Shown piece by piece: positions 9,250-18,908 of a stretch of DNA of 64,000 nucleotides. A program made the translations under genes and the position numbers. This DNA is from an uncultured Candidatus Saccharibacteria bacterium (GTDB lineage Bacteria; Patescibacteriota; Minisyncoccia; UBA6257; WO2-44-18). The notes below the pieces were generated by a model. The model was given only the letters and a program-made list of their open reading frames with translations, did no database searches and had not been told where the DNA came from. Numbering within the stretch: the first letter of the stretch is position 1; each line of letters begins with the position of its first letter. The stretch spans positions 14,788-78,787 of the forward strand of contig CAZWVU010000004.1 of assembly GCA_964637575.1 (NCBI GenBank). The letters are read 5' to 3'.

Positions 9250-10254
9250 ATGAAATTCCTCGCGGATTGCCCGAAAAAAGATCTGGCGGGAAAAACCTGT
9301 CTCCTGCGGGTGGATTTTAACGTGGAAAGCGACAAGGACGCGCTCCGGCTTGAGGCCTCCCTGCCGACGATCAAATTTCTGCTGAAGCATGGCGCGCGCG
9401 TGCTGATGCTGAGCCACCGAGGCCGGCCCAAAGGCGCGGAGAAAACACTTTCGCTCCGGCCATTCCTCCCGTTCCTCAAGAAGCATCTCAAAAAAGAAGT
9501 TCATTTTCTGGAGACGCTGCCGGCGCGTCTGCCGGAAGGCGACGTCTTTCTGATGGAAAATCTCCGGTTCTGGCCGGAAGAAGAAGCCGATGACACCGGT
9601 TTCGCGAAGCGGCTGGCGAGGCTTGGTGATCTCTACGTGAATGACGCGTTTGCCGTCTGCCACCGCGCCAACGCTTCCGTCACCCAACTGCCGAAACTTC
9701 TGCCATCCTACGCCGGACTTCTTTTGCAGAAAGAAATCGAAACATTGTCGGAAGCGATGAAGAAACCGGAAAAGCCGCTCGTGCTTATCTTCGGAGGGAG
9801 CAAGGTGGAGGATAAGGCGCCGGTGATCAAGTATCTTTTGCCGAAGGCGGCGAAGGTGCTGCTCGGAAGCAGTGCGCTCAACAATTCTTACTCTCTGCCG
9901 AAATCGCCGAAGATTGAAAAGCCGGTGGACTGGATGGCGGAGGGCAACCTGGCGATGGATATCGGTTCCATTACCGCCGAACGGTACGCGGAAGAAATCA
10001 AACACGCGAAGACAGTCATCTGGAACGGCCCGGTCGGAAAGTTTGAAGACGCGCAGTACCGCGGCGGCTCGGTGGCGCTCGCGAAGGCGGTGGCGAAGAG
10101 CGGGGCGTTTTCCATCATCGGCGGCGGTGAGACGACCCAGCTGATCCTTTCCCTTAAGCTTCGCAACAAAATCGGTTTTCTTTCCACCGGCGGCGGCGCC
10201 ATGCTGGAATTCCTCGCCGGGAAAAAACTGCCGGGCATAGAAGCGCTCCGCTAA
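9250..10254 (+). CDS. pgk: Phosphoglycerate kinase
   Basis: LLRVDFNV, MLSHRGRPKG, VNDAFAVCHRANAS, IIGGGETT. 334 aa. Confidence 0.9.
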   Translation: MKFLADCPKKDLAGKTCLLRVDFNVESDKDALRLEASLPTIKFLLKHGARVLMLSHRGRPKGAEKTLSLRPFLPFLKKHLKKEVHFLETLPARLPEGDVFLMENLRFWPEEEADDTGFAKRLARLGDLYVNDAFAVCHRANASVTQLPKLLPSYAGLLLQKEIETLSEAMKKPEKPLVLIFGGSKVEDKAPVIKYLLPKAAKVLLGSSALNNSYSLPKSPKIEKPVDWMAEGNLAMDIGSITAERYAEEIKHAKTVIWNGPVGKFEDAQYRGGSVALAKAVAKSGAFSIIGGGETTQLILSLKLRNKIGFLSTGGGAMLEFLAGKKLPGIEALR

Positions 10255-10274
10255 AAAATTTTAAATTTAAAATT

Positions 10275-11132
10275 ATGAAACCCATTGTGATCTTCCACGG
10301 TGAATGTTGGGACGGGTTCGGGGGCGGGTACGCCGCCTGGAAAAAGTTCGGCGATGACGCCGAATATGTTCCGATGAAGCATGGCTTCGCGGCGCCGGAC
10401 GTCGCCGGCCGGGACGTGTACATCATTGATTTCTCGTTTCACCATGACGTGATGGAGGAAATTATAAAAAAGGCGCGCCGCGTCGTGGCGCTGGATCATC
10501 ACGTGAGCGCCGAACAGGCAACGAAGATGGCGCATGAATTCGTCTACGAACTGGATCATTCCGGCGCAGTGATCGCCTGGAAATATTTCCATCCGGACGA
10601 AAAAGTGCCGGAATTGCTGCTTCATATCGAAGACGTGGATATCTGGAAGTGGAACCTTCCGCATACCGCGGAATTGATGGCGTATATGGGTCTGGCGGAG
10701 TACGACTTCAAACTGTGGGATCAGATCGCCGCAGATTGGGAGGATCCAAAAAAATTGGCGGCGTACGTGGAAAAAGGATCGTATCTTTTGAAATACGAGG
10801 ACGCGATGGTGAAACGGCTGATTGACGGCGCGATGCTGGTAGAGTTTGAGGGATACAACACGCTCGTCGTGAATTCGCCGGTGCTTCATTCGGAGATTGG
10901 AATGCGGCTGACCAAACTGGTGCCGCCGATTGCGATCGTCTGGAGCGAAAAGACGGGCATCCGACGCGTCTCGCTGCGTTCCGACGGCACCGTGGATACC
11001 ACGAAGCTGGCGGCGAAATACGGCGGGGGCGGACACAGGGCCGCATCCGGCTTTGCTGTTCCATTGGACAAGCCTCTGCCCTGGAAGATTATAGACAAGA
11101 ATCCATTTAAAAAAGATGGCGAGCAAAGCTAA
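10275..11132 (+). CDS. DHH/DHHA1 phosphoesterase (NrnA-like nanoRNase / pAp phosphatase)
   Basis: HGECWDGFGGGYA, LDHHV and C-terminal GGGHRAASGF (DHHA1) motifs. Confidence 0.8.
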   Translation: MKPIVIFHGECWDGFGGGYAAWKKFGDDAEYVPMKHGFAAPDVAGRDVYIIDFSFHHDVMEEIIKKARRVVALDHHVSAEQATKMAHEFVYELDHSGAVIAWKYFHPDEKVPELLLHIEDVDIWKWNLPHTAELMAYMGLAEYDFKLWDQIAADWEDPKKLAAYVEKGSYLLKYEDAMVKRLIDGAMLVEFEGYNTLVVNSPVLHSEIGMRLTKLVPPIAIVWSEKTGIRRVSLRSDGTVDTTKLAAKYGGGGHRAASGFAVPLDKPLPWKIIDKNPFKKDGEQS

Positions 11133-11760
11133 AAAGCAAAAGTATTACGCGTGCTACATTCCGGAGACGCAAAAAAAGCTGGTGACGGATATATGGGCGG
11201 AATGCGAATCCCTCGTGAAGGGTGTGCGAGGGGCGCGGTACAAGTCGTTTGATTCCAAAGAAGAAGCCGAGCGGTGGCTGAGGGCCGGTGCCAGTTACGG
11301 GCCGCCGAAAGCGCGCGTGAAAAAAGAGAAGCAAAAAGCGCTGGAGCCGGGAATTTATTTTGACGCGGGGACGGGGAGAGGCGACGGCGTGGAGATCAGC
11401 GTCACTGATGAGAAGGGCAAGAATCTGCTGGATAAAATCCTTCTGCCGGAAGAGCTGAATAAATACGGCAAGCATCTGCTGGAAAGCGAAGAGGCGACGA
11501 ATAATTTTGGCGAACTGCTGGCCTGCCGGTACGCGCTGATGATCGCGATAGACAGCGATATCAAAAAAGTTTTCGGCGACAGCAAGCTCGTCATCGATTA
11601 CTGGTCCAAAGGATTCATCAAAAAGAAGGACGTGGCGCCGGAGACGGTGAAACTGGCGGAAGAAGTGATGAAAATCCGCAACGAATTTGAACTCGCCGGC
11701 GGCTCCCTCGGCCGTGTTTCCGGGGATATTAATCCGGCTGACCTGGGGTTTCATCGCTAG
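11116..11760 (+). CDS. rnhA: Ribonuclease H1 with N-terminal hybrid-binding (caulimovirus VI-like) domain
   Basis: HBD: KYYACY...ECESLVKGVRGARYKSFDSKEEAERWL. RNase H core: YFDAGTGRGDG, TNNFGELLACRYAL, GDSKLVIDYW. Confidence 0.8.
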   Translation: MASKAKKQKYYACYIPETQKKLVTDIWAECESLVKGVRGARYKSFDSKEEAERWLRAGASYGPPKARVKKEKQKALEPGIYFDAGTGRGDGVEISVTDEKGKNLLDKILLPEELNKYGKHLLESEEATNNFGELLACRYALMIAIDSDIKKVFGDSKLVIDYWSKGFIKKKDVAPETVKLAEEVMKIRNEFELAGGSLGRVSGDINPADLGFHR

Positions 11761-11764
11761 GACT

Positions 11765-11894
11765 GTTGGAAAGTTCCCCGGGAACCGGGTGTCCGTCGCG
11801 CTCCTGCGGCGCGACGGCACCACTAAAAACTCGGCAATTTGCAGGGCGCCAAGCCAAATTGCCTCCGTTATTTTCCCTACGGGAACTTTCCAAC
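11765..11894 (+). ncRNA. Copy 1 of an unassigned structured RNA-like element (GGGAACCGGGUGUCC family)
   Basis: 14-bp closing stem (GTTGGAAAGTTCCC / GGGAACTTTCCAAC). Conserved core with two internal hairpins. Covariation with copies at 28057, 41705 and 26268 (minus). Confidence 0.6.
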
Positions 11895-12181
11895 ATCCTT
11901 TTCCATCAATCCCGAACATATTAGGTTGCTGGCGAGGAGAAAGAGGGTGGGCTTGAGCGGCGCGGTTGGAAATAAAAAACCCGGTCAACATTTCTGTTGC
12001 CGGGTTTTGGATACTAACCTTTGCAAATGGAGCTGACGCGGATGATGCTTCCGGGAGCCGGCTTTCCGACGGTTTCCCGAAGGAGCTTGAAAAGGCCGAT
12101 ACGGAGTTTGGTCTTCGCCTTCTTCTCCAGAACCTTTTCAACCCGGACTCGGACGTGCCATTTGATGTGCATGCGGTCTCC

Positions 12182-12679
12182 TCATTTCAAAACTTTCACG
12201 TCCAGCCACTTCACACCGAAGCGACGGGCTTCGGAGTGCGACGCCATACGGACATCGATGTGAGTGATGCCGCGCTTGGCGTCCTGGCGCATCGCGCCGC
12301 CGGTGTCGTCCACCTCGCGGAGGCCGACGCCGGGGATGTCCAGGCGGGTGTGATAGGGGAGCAGCTTTGGATCCGCTGCCACCCCGTCATACCGGCGCCC
12401 GTCCTTGCCGGTCGCCGTTCTCGCGAACTTCGACCAGCTGCCGCAGCAGATGTCGCAGGTGCAGTATGCCGTTACCAGCATTCTTACCGCGACATGTTCC
12501 GCGCGGTGTTCCGGAGCTTCCGGAGCAGCGATTTTTCCCGCCGCTGGAGTCGCCGATTGCGCCACCAGGCGCGGAGCCACTTCCATGCGTTGAATCTCAT
12601 GGTTCGCTTCCCTCCGTGCAACCCAGATGACCCCTGCTCCCATCATCAACACCAGGCCGATGACAGGAGAAGTCTTCAC
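12182..12679 (-). CDS. 3D-domain (MltA/YocH-like) cell-wall-associated protein
   Basis: N-terminal TM. CTCDICCGSW...TATG...VAADP...VDDTGGAM is a 3D domain. Confidence 0.7.
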   Translation of the reverse strand: MKTSPVIGLVLMMGAGVIWVARREANHEIQRMEVAPRLVAQSATPAAGKIAAPEAPEHRAEHVAVRMLVTAYCTCDICCGSWSKFARTATGKDGRRYDGVAADPKLLPYHTRLDIPGVGLREVDDTGGAMRQDAKRGITHIDVRMASHSEARRFGVKWLDVKVLK

Positions 12680-13101
12680 CGCTCATCCTCCAACACAATG
12701 ATCTGCATCTTCGTCCGCTTGAACGCCGTCACTTCCTCGTGCGTGCGCACGCGGAAGCACAACAGAAGTTCGCCGCGCTGCGCCAGCGCCTCTTGCAGGC
12801 GCCTGCCCGTGTCGTCGACGATTTTCTCGCCGATGCCGGGAAGATACACGCGCTTGCCGAAGGGGATCGCCTTCGGGTCGGCGGCGGCGCCGTCGAAGTG
12901 TTTTGCCCCGTCCTTTCCCGTGGCGGTTTTTCCGCCGGGATTGGAGTCGCCGCAGCACTTCGCGCACATGCAGTACGCGAACACCGTCGCTTCGCGGGCA
13001 TCTTCCTTCTTCTGTTTCTGCTGGGCCATTACCGTTCCGGAATAGCCGAAGCCGAACAGGAAACTCGGAACCAGAAGCACTACGAACGCAAATTTGGTCA
13101 C
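12676..13101 (-). CDS. 3D-domain protein (paralog of the preceding gene)
   Basis: Signal/TM N-terminus. CMCAKCCGDS...TATG...AAADP...VDDTG. Confidence 0.7.
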   Translation of the reverse strand: MTKFAFVVLLVPSFLFGFGYSGTVMAQQKQKKEDAREATVFAYCMCAKCCGDSNPGGKTATGKDGAKHFDGAAADPKAIPFGKRVYLPGIGEKIVDDTGRRLQEALAQRGELLLCFRVRTHEEVTAFKRTKMQIIVLEDER

Positions 13102-13199
13102 ATTCCCTCCTCTTTTCAGTTCTCAAAGACCACAAAAATACCAGTATTTTATACCATTAAATAAGCCTACTTGTCAAGTATGACGCGGTATGGTATGGT

Positions 13200-13558
13200 G
13201 CAGGTGGCTGGCAATCCAGACAACCGCGCTCCGGTCCGCAAGGATCACGGGTGAGGAAAGTCGGAGCTCCCGTCCCGGTCGCAAGACCGAAGACAAAGGT
13301 AGCAGTTAACAACTGCCGGCAGTAATGCAGAGGTGCGAACAGTGACGTCCCGAAGCGAAAGCTGAAGGAGAGCCCCATCCCAACGTAGAAGGCTCAACCC
13401 GATTATAGGGATACAAGATCGGGGTGAAACGGCTAAATTCCTTACCGGGTGCAAGGCCGTACTCCGCAAGGAGAGTGCCGCTCGAGGTCTGCCGCGAGGT
13501 AGATCCCAGATAAATGGTTGTCCACGACAAAACTCCGCTTACGGATTGCCAGCCTTCA
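13200..13558 (+). ncRNA. rnpB: RNase P RNA (bacterial type A)
   Basis: P1 pairing GGCTGGCAATCC (13206-13217) with GGATTGCCAGCC (13543-13554). GAGGAAAGTCGGAGCTCC and GGGGTGAAACGG conserved blocks. Followed by a terminator. Confidence 0.85.
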
Positions 13559-13561
13559 AAA

Positions 13562-13583
13562 CCCCCGATTCGTCGGGGTTTTT
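13562..13583 (+). terminator. Rho-independent terminator after rnpB
   Basis: CCCCGA-TTCG-TCGGGG hairpin followed by TTTTT. Confidence 0.7.
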
Positions 13584-13656
13584 GATTTCAGATGGGGGAT
13601 TGACAAATAATAATAAATTTGTCATAGTTTCAGCAGTTCATATGGGAGGAGGCGAT

Positions 13657-13992
13657 ATGGCGAAGATTCAAACCGAGGTGGGCGAGGTGAAGCGTGTATG
13701 CGCGCCGAGCTGCAAGAAGAATCTGAAGCATGAGCCGTGCGCATGCACCGAAAAAACGAAGGTGGTAACCAAGGTGGAGATTTTCGCGGTCTTCGAAGGA
13801 GTGCGGCGGTACCGGGCCTATTTCTCCCCGAATCCCAGAAATCCCGGAAGTCTGCCGAGGATTTCCAACAAGGAGCGCTTCAATGAGCAGGGCCAGCCGG
13901 AGGAAGTGAACGTCCAGATTCCGGACACCATCTACGTGGTCATGGCCCGCCGCGCCCTTGCCATCATCAACAGCGGAGCCCCTCAACTATGA
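13657..13992 (+). CDS. Hypothetical Cys-rich small protein
   Basis: GGAGGAGG RBS before the ATG at 13657. CAPSC...CAC cluster. No known domain. Confidence 0.45.
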   Translation: MAKIQTEVGEVKRVCAPSCKKNLKHEPCACTEKTKVVTKVEIFAVFEGVRRYRAYFSPNPRNPGSLPRISNKERFNEQGQPEEVNVQIPDTIYVVMARRALAIINSGAPQL

Positions 13993-14037
13993 GGGGCTTT
14001 TTCTTTCGCAACGCCCGACGCCGGCGCTCCTTCTCCT

Positions 14038-14074
14038 CGGCAGGACGTCGGGCTACAATCCTGCCTGCGGGAAG
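14038..14074 (+). repeat. Solitary copy of the 37-nt dispersed repeat (variant CGGCAGGACGTCGGGCTACAATCCTGCCTGCGGGAAG) with complementary flanks
   Basis: 35/37 identity to the 6661 unit. Flanks GCCGGCGCTCCTT / AAGGAGTGCCGGC can pair. Confidence 0.8.
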
Positions 14075-14156
14075 GAGTGCCGGCTCATTGAGAGAAAGAG
14101 GTAAGTTTGTGTGGATTAGTTTCAAGCGCAAGTGTGTTAAAATTAGACCATACGTT

Positions 14157-15434
14157 ATGCCGGCTAAAACGGTTAAAAAACCGACGGAAAATAAGGTGGA
14201 AGAAAAGCCCGCGAAGTCAGGCGGCGCTGACGCGGTAAAAGGCGAACTTTCCAAATCACCGAGCGAACTTTCCATCATCAAGCTGGTGGACAGCCTGGTG
14301 CAGGCGGCGTTTCTGGCGCGCTCTTCCGATATCCACATCGATCCCGGCGAAAAACAGATCGCGGTGCGTTTCCGGATCGACGGAGTTCTTCATGATTTTT
14401 ATGTCTTCCCGAAAGAAATTCAGTCCGAGGTAATCAGCCGCATCAAAGTCCTCTCAGGGCTTCGGACCGACGAACACCAGGCGGCCCAGGACGGACGTTT
14501 CCGGCTCACCTTCGACACGGTCAACGTGGATGTCCGCGTCTCCATCGCGCCGACCTACTATGGGGAAAATTGCGTGATGCGTCTGCTTGCCGATCAGGCG
14601 GCGTCATTCACGCTGGAGTCGCTGGGATTTGAAGGCCGCGACCTGGAAGTAGTGAAACGGAATATCAAAAAACCGTACGGCATGATTCTCGCCACCGGCC
14701 CGACCGGCTCCGGCAAGACCACCACGCTCTATACGATTTTGAAAATGCTCAACACGAAAGATGTTTCCATCATCACCATCGAAGATCCGGTGGAATATTC
14801 CATCGACGGACTGGAACAGATCCAGGTGAACTCGCGCACCGGACTGAGCTTCGCGAGCGGGCTCCGCTCCATTCTCCGCCAGGATCCGAACATCGTCATG
14901 GTGGGCGAGATCCGCGACGAGGAGACTGCCGGCATTGCGGTAAACGCGGCGCTGACCGGCCACCTGCTTCTTTCCACGCTTCACACGAACGACGCGGCAA
15001 CCACCCTGCCGCGCCTGCTGGATATGAAAATCGAGCCGTTCCTGATCGCTTCCACCGTTAACGTGGCGGTCGGCCAGCGGCTGGTAAGAAAAATCTGCCC
15101 CGACTGCAAAGTGAAAAAACCGGTCGGCCCGGATGAATTGAAGAGTCTCGCGAGCGTGATTCCCGCCAAAGTGCTGGACGCGGCGAAGACGTTTTACCAT
15201 GGCGAAGGATGCGCCAAATGCGACCACAGCGGCTACAAGGGGCGCATCGGCATCCATGAGGTGATGGAGATCGACGACGAGGTCCGGGTGGCCTTGATGA
15301 AGAGCGCCGACGCGGGAGAAATTAAAAAGATCGCTGTGAAAAACGGCATGACGACCATGGTGGAAGACGGATTCCGCAAAGCGGTGGACGGCGTTACCAC
15401 CATCGAAGAAGTATTGCGCGTCATTCATGAATAA
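14157..15434 (+). CDS. pilB: Type IV pilus assembly ATPase PilB/GspE family (short form)
   Basis: Walker A GPTGSGKTT. Asp box, His box and tetracysteine motif (CPDC...CAKC). ~425 aa. Confidence 0.85.
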   Translation: MPAKTVKKPTENKVEEKPAKSGGADAVKGELSKSPSELSIIKLVDSLVQAAFLARSSDIHIDPGEKQIAVRFRIDGVLHDFYVFPKEIQSEVISRIKVLSGLRTDEHQAAQDGRFRLTFDTVNVDVRVSIAPTYYGENCVMRLLADQAASFTLESLGFEGRDLEVVKRNIKKPYGMILATGPTGSGKTTTLYTILKMLNTKDVSIITIEDPVEYSIDGLEQIQVNSRTGLSFASGLRSILRQDPNIVMVGEIRDEETAGIAVNAALTGHLLLSTLHTNDAATTLPRLLDMKIEPFLIASTVNVAVGQRLVRKICPDCKVKKPVGPDELKSLASVIPAKVLDAAKTFYHGEGCAKCDHSGYKGRIGIHEVMEIDDEVRVALMKSADAGEIKKIAVKNGMTTMVEDGFRKAVDGVTTIEEVLRVIHE

Positions 15435-16506
15435 AACCTCGTTTCTTTCCGGCATCTTCACCCGCGTGCCGATCGAGGATCAGGTGCTTTTGGCGCGCCA
15501 CCTTGCCGTGATGGCGAAGGCCGGGCTGCCGCTCCTGGAAAGCGTGAAGATGATCCAGAAGGAGACGAAGAGCAAGAGTCTGAAAAAAATCCTTGATCAG
15601 GTGGTGGTGGACGTGAGCAACGGCCAGTTTCTTTCCGCGAGCCTGGAAAAGCATAAAAACGTGTTCGGCAATCTTTTCATCAACATTATCCGGGTGGGCG
15701 AGTCGGCGGGCATTCTCGCGGAAAACCTTAATTACCTCGCGGACGAGCTGAAAAAGAAGCGGGAACTGAAGAAAAAAGTGACCGGCGCGCTTATTTATCC
15801 GGCGGTGATTTTTGTGGCCACCTTCGGCATCACCGGATTGCTCACCGTGTTTATCTTCCCGAAAATCCTGCCGATTTTTAAAAGTCTGAACGTCGAATTA
15901 CCGATTACCACGCGGATCCTGATCTGGCTGAGCAACGCGCTCACGAATTACGGCCTGTATCTGATCCTGGGCCTACTGGCATTGCTTCTCGGAATTTATG
16001 GCATCTCGCTGATCCAGAAAGTCCGCTATTTTCTGCACTGGGTATTGCTGAAGCTTCCCATTTTCGGCAACATTTCCCGCAGCGTCAACCTGGCTAATGC
16101 CAGCCGCACGCTCGGCCTCACGCTCAAAAGCGGCGTCCGGGTGGTGGAGGCGGCGACGATCACCGCCGAGTCCCTCACCAACCTTGTCTACCAGCGGGAA
16201 TTACTGAAGGCGGCGGATCTGGTTCAGCGGGGAGAAGCGCTCGGACCGATTCTGGAAAAGCACCCCAAACTTTTTCCCTCGATTGTCACGCAGATGGTCG
16301 CGGTGGGCGAGGCGTCCGGCAATCTAAGCGAAACGCTGCTGTATCTTTCCGACTTCTACGAAGGCGAGGTGAATGAAATTACCAAAAATCTTTCCAACGT
16401 GCTTGAGCCGATTCTGATGGTAACGATGGGCATCGTGGTGGGATTTGTCGCGATTTCCATCATTACGCCGATTTATGAAATCACTTCAAGCATCAGCCCG
16501 CGCTAA
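15427..16506 (+). CDS. pilC: Type IV pilus inner-membrane platform protein PilC/GspF
   Basis: Two GspF repeats. TM segments. Overlaps the pilB stop by 8 nt. Confidence 0.85.
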   Translation: MNKTSFLSGIFTRVPIEDQVLLARHLAVMAKAGLPLLESVKMIQKETKSKSLKKILDQVVVDVSNGQFLSASLEKHKNVFGNLFINIIRVGESAGILAENLNYLADELKKKRELKKKVTGALIYPAVIFVATFGITGLLTVFIFPKILPIFKSLNVELPITTRILIWLSNALTNYGLYLILGLLALLLGIYGISLIQKVRYFLHWVLLKLPIFGNISRSVNLANASRTLGLTLKSGVRVVEAATITAESLTNLVYQRELLKAADLVQRGEALGPILEKHPKLFPSIVTQMVAVGEASGNLSETLLYLSDFYEGEVNEITKNLSNVLEPILMVTMGIVVGFVAISIITPIYEITSSISPR

Positions 16507-16939
16507 GGGGAAGGGCGCGGGGTTCACCCTGCTGGAAACGCTGCTCGTCGTGTCCATTCTGGCGCTGCTGTTCGCGATCGGGTTGCCGGTGGCGTTCAAT
16601 TTCTATCAGGCCTACCAGTTTGATTCGGAATACGAACTCCTTTTTTCCCTACTGGAACAGGCGCGCAATCAGGCGCTGACGAATTATCATGAGGCAAGCC
16701 ACGGTCTTTCCATTAACAGCGTGAACTTCGTGCTGTTTCAGGGTTCCAGTTTCGCCGCGCGCACCGCGGCGCAGGACAAAACCTTTCCCCGCAATTCCGC
16801 CATTACCATCGCCGGCCCCTCGGAAGTGGTCTTCAGCCAGCTGGACGGTACCGTGGCGTCGAGTACGTTTACGGTGAGCAACAGCTACAAAAGCCACGAT
16901 CTTTATTTGAATTCGGAGGGATCGGTGTATTCAAAATAA
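16475..16939 (+). CDS. Prepilin-type (pseudopilin/minor pilin) protein
   Basis: Class III signal KGAGFTLLETLLVVSILAL with Glu at +5. Confidence 0.7.
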   Translation: MKSLQASARAKGKGAGFTLLETLLVVSILALLFAIGLPVAFNFYQAYQFDSEYELLFSLLEQARNQALTNYHEASHGLSINSVNFVLFQGSSFAARTAAQDKTFPRNSAITIAGPSEVVFSQLDGTVASSTFTVSNSYKSHDLYLNSEGSVYSK

Positions 16940-18408
16940 TGAAAATTTTGAATTTAAAATTTACAATTTTAAAAAAAGAAGAAGGGCAGTCGCTTGTTGA
17001 GCTCCTGGTCGCGATCGGCATTTTCAGCATCGCGACGGCCGCCGGCTTCAGTTTATTTTTCGGCGGGCAGATCATCTCCACCGACAGCTCCAATATCAAT
17101 CTGGCCACGGATTACGTCCGGGAGGCGCAGGACGCGCTCCGCGCGATCCGCAACCGCAATTTTACCGAACTGCTCACCGACGGGCCGCACGGCTTTACCT
17201 TCAACGGATCGGAGTGGCTCCTGTCGTCCAGTACCTCTGACACGAAAGATGTGTTTACGCGGCAGGTGAACATCGCCAAGGGGGATTCGGATAACATCAA
17301 GATCGCCACCACCACCGTCACCTGGTCCAGCGCCGATCCCAGCCGGACCGAAAGCCTTACCTTCGTCGAGCAGTTTACCGACTGGGAAACGCCGCTCCAG
17401 AGCAGCTGCAAGTCGCAGGCGCTGACCGGCGACTGGACGAATCCGGTTACGCTTGGTTCGGCGGATATCGGTTCGGGAAATTCCGGGACGGACGTCGTCG
17501 CCAAAGGCAGTTACGCCTACGTGAGCGGTACCGCTTCTTCCGCGAGCAAGCCGGATATTTTTGTGTTTGACGTGAGCGCGCCCGCGGCGCCGGTGCAAAA
17601 GGCTTCACTCAACGTTACCAACGGAGGAATCAACGCGCTTTTCCTGAATGGCAATTACCTCTACGCGGCTTCGCCCGACAACAGCAAGGAATTTCTGGTC
17701 TTTGACGTGACTACCCCGACCAGCATCACTCTCAAGGGTTCGCTGGATTTAACCGGCAACGATGACGCGCTTTCGGTAGTGACGATCGGCACCACTGCGA
17801 TCGTCGGACGGCAAGGAAGTGCCGCCAAACAGATCTCGTTTATTGACGTGAGCGACCCGGCCAATCCGAGCGTGATCAAAGAATTCACCAGTCCCAATGG
17901 CGGCGATATTACCGATCTCGCCTACACGGACAACCGGCTCTACGCGACGAATTATCTTGCCAACGGCACCGCCGACATCCTGACATTCGATATCACCGAT
18001 CCCAGAAACCCCACCTATATCAGCAGTTACGATGTTCCCGCCACGGACAAGCCGCTTTCCGCGTACGTGGAAATCAAAGCGGGCGGCACCAATCTTCTGC
18101 TGGGCGACGGCGACAATGAACTGGTGGCGGTGGGGGCGACAACCACGAGCGGCATGTACGTCCGGAGCCGGGTGAACGTCGGGGGCAAGGTGAATGATAC
18201 CGTCTGCGTGCTGGGCAATCTCGCGTTTCTCGCCACCGATAACCAGAACGCCGAATTTACCGTGGTGAATGTGAATAATCTCAACAGCCTTTCCGTGTAC
18301 TCAACTCTGAATTACCCGAATTTCGCGACCGGAATCGATTTCGACAGCAACAAGGTCTACATGGCGGTGCGAAGCAACGACGCGCTGCGCATTATCACGT
18401 CGCAATAA
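16939..18408 (+). CDS. Large pilin-like protein: prepilin N-terminus fused to LVIVD-repeat beta-propeller (putative pilus tip adhesin)
   Basis: Leader ...EEGQSLVELLVAIGIF with E at +5. Four or more LVIVD-type repeats (IFVFDVSAPAAP, LVFDVTTPTS, ISFIDVSDPANPS, LTFDITDPRNPT). Confidence 0.65.
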   Translation: MKILNLKFTILKKEEGQSLVELLVAIGIFSIATAAGFSLFFGGQIISTDSSNINLATDYVREAQDALRAIRNRNFTELLTDGPHGFTFNGSEWLLSSSTSDTKDVFTRQVNIAKGDSDNIKIATTTVTWSSADPSRTESLTFVEQFTDWETPLQSSCKSQALTGDWTNPVTLGSADIGSGNSGTDVVAKGSYAYVSGTASSASKPDIFVFDVSAPAAPVQKASLNVTNGGINALFLNGNYLYAASPDNSKEFLVFDVTTPTSITLKGSLDLTGNDDALSVVTIGTTAIVGRQGSAAKQISFIDVSDPANPSVIKEFTSPNGGDITDLAYTDNRLYATNYLANGTADILTFDITDPRNPTYISSYDVPATDKPLSAYVEIKAGGTNLLLGDGDNELVAVGATTTSGMYVRSRVNVGGKVNDTVCVLGNLAFLATDNQNAEFTVVNVNNLNSLSVYSTLNYPNFATGIDFDSNKVYMAVRSNDALRIITSQ

Positions 18409-18413
18409 AACTT

Positions 18414-18908
18414 ATGCAGCCAAATTTAAAATTCCGGAACAGGGGGTTCACGCTTATCGAAACGCTTATCTATTCGGCGATCACCACGCTGTTCCTGACC
18501 GCCGCCCTCCTGATGATCTATCAGATGATCAGCAGTCTCCAGCGCGGGAAGAATGAACGGGAACTCGTGGAAAATCAGAAAGTGCTTGAGCAAAAAATTT
18601 ACTGGGCGCTTCAGAGCGTGTCCGCCATCAATTCGCCGGCGGCGAACGCCACTACCACCAGCCTGTCGGTCAACCGATTGAACTACGGCTCGAATCCCAT
18701 CCTGATTGACATGAACGGCGGCGTGGCGCGGATTACGAAAGGAGCGGGAGCGGCCACCCCGGTCACCAATACGTACTCGGATCTCCAGTCCATGACTTTT
18801 CACCAGTACAGCTGGGACGGCCGGCCGGCGATCCGCGTCCAGGCCACACTGGTGAACCACGTCGCGTCCACATCCGTGAGCATCGACACCACCATCATCA
18901 CCAAATGA
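18414..18908 (+). CDS. Prepilin-type minor pilin/pseudopilin
   Basis: RGFTLIETLIYSAITTLFL class III signal. Confidence 0.7.
   Translation: MQPNLKFRNRGFTLIETLIYSAITTLFLTAALLMIYQMISSLQRGKNERELVENQKVLEQKIYWALQSVSAINSPAANATTTSLSVNRLNYGSNPILIDMNGGVARITKGAGAATPVTNTYSDLQSMTFHQYSWDGRPAIRVQATLVNHVASTSVSIDTTIITK

Noticed and set aside
11107-13045. ORFs 11107..12141 (−, 344 aa) and 11966..13045 (+, 359 aa)
   Set aside because: They run antisense to or overlap rnhA and the two 3D-domain genes, which have clear motifs. The translations are low-complexity, and part of the span is the structured non-coding element.
13157-13530. Three small minus-strand ORFs at 13157-13530
   Set aside because: The region folds as RNase P RNA on the + strand, with P1 pairing and conserved GGAAAGUCGG / GGGGUGAAA blocks.
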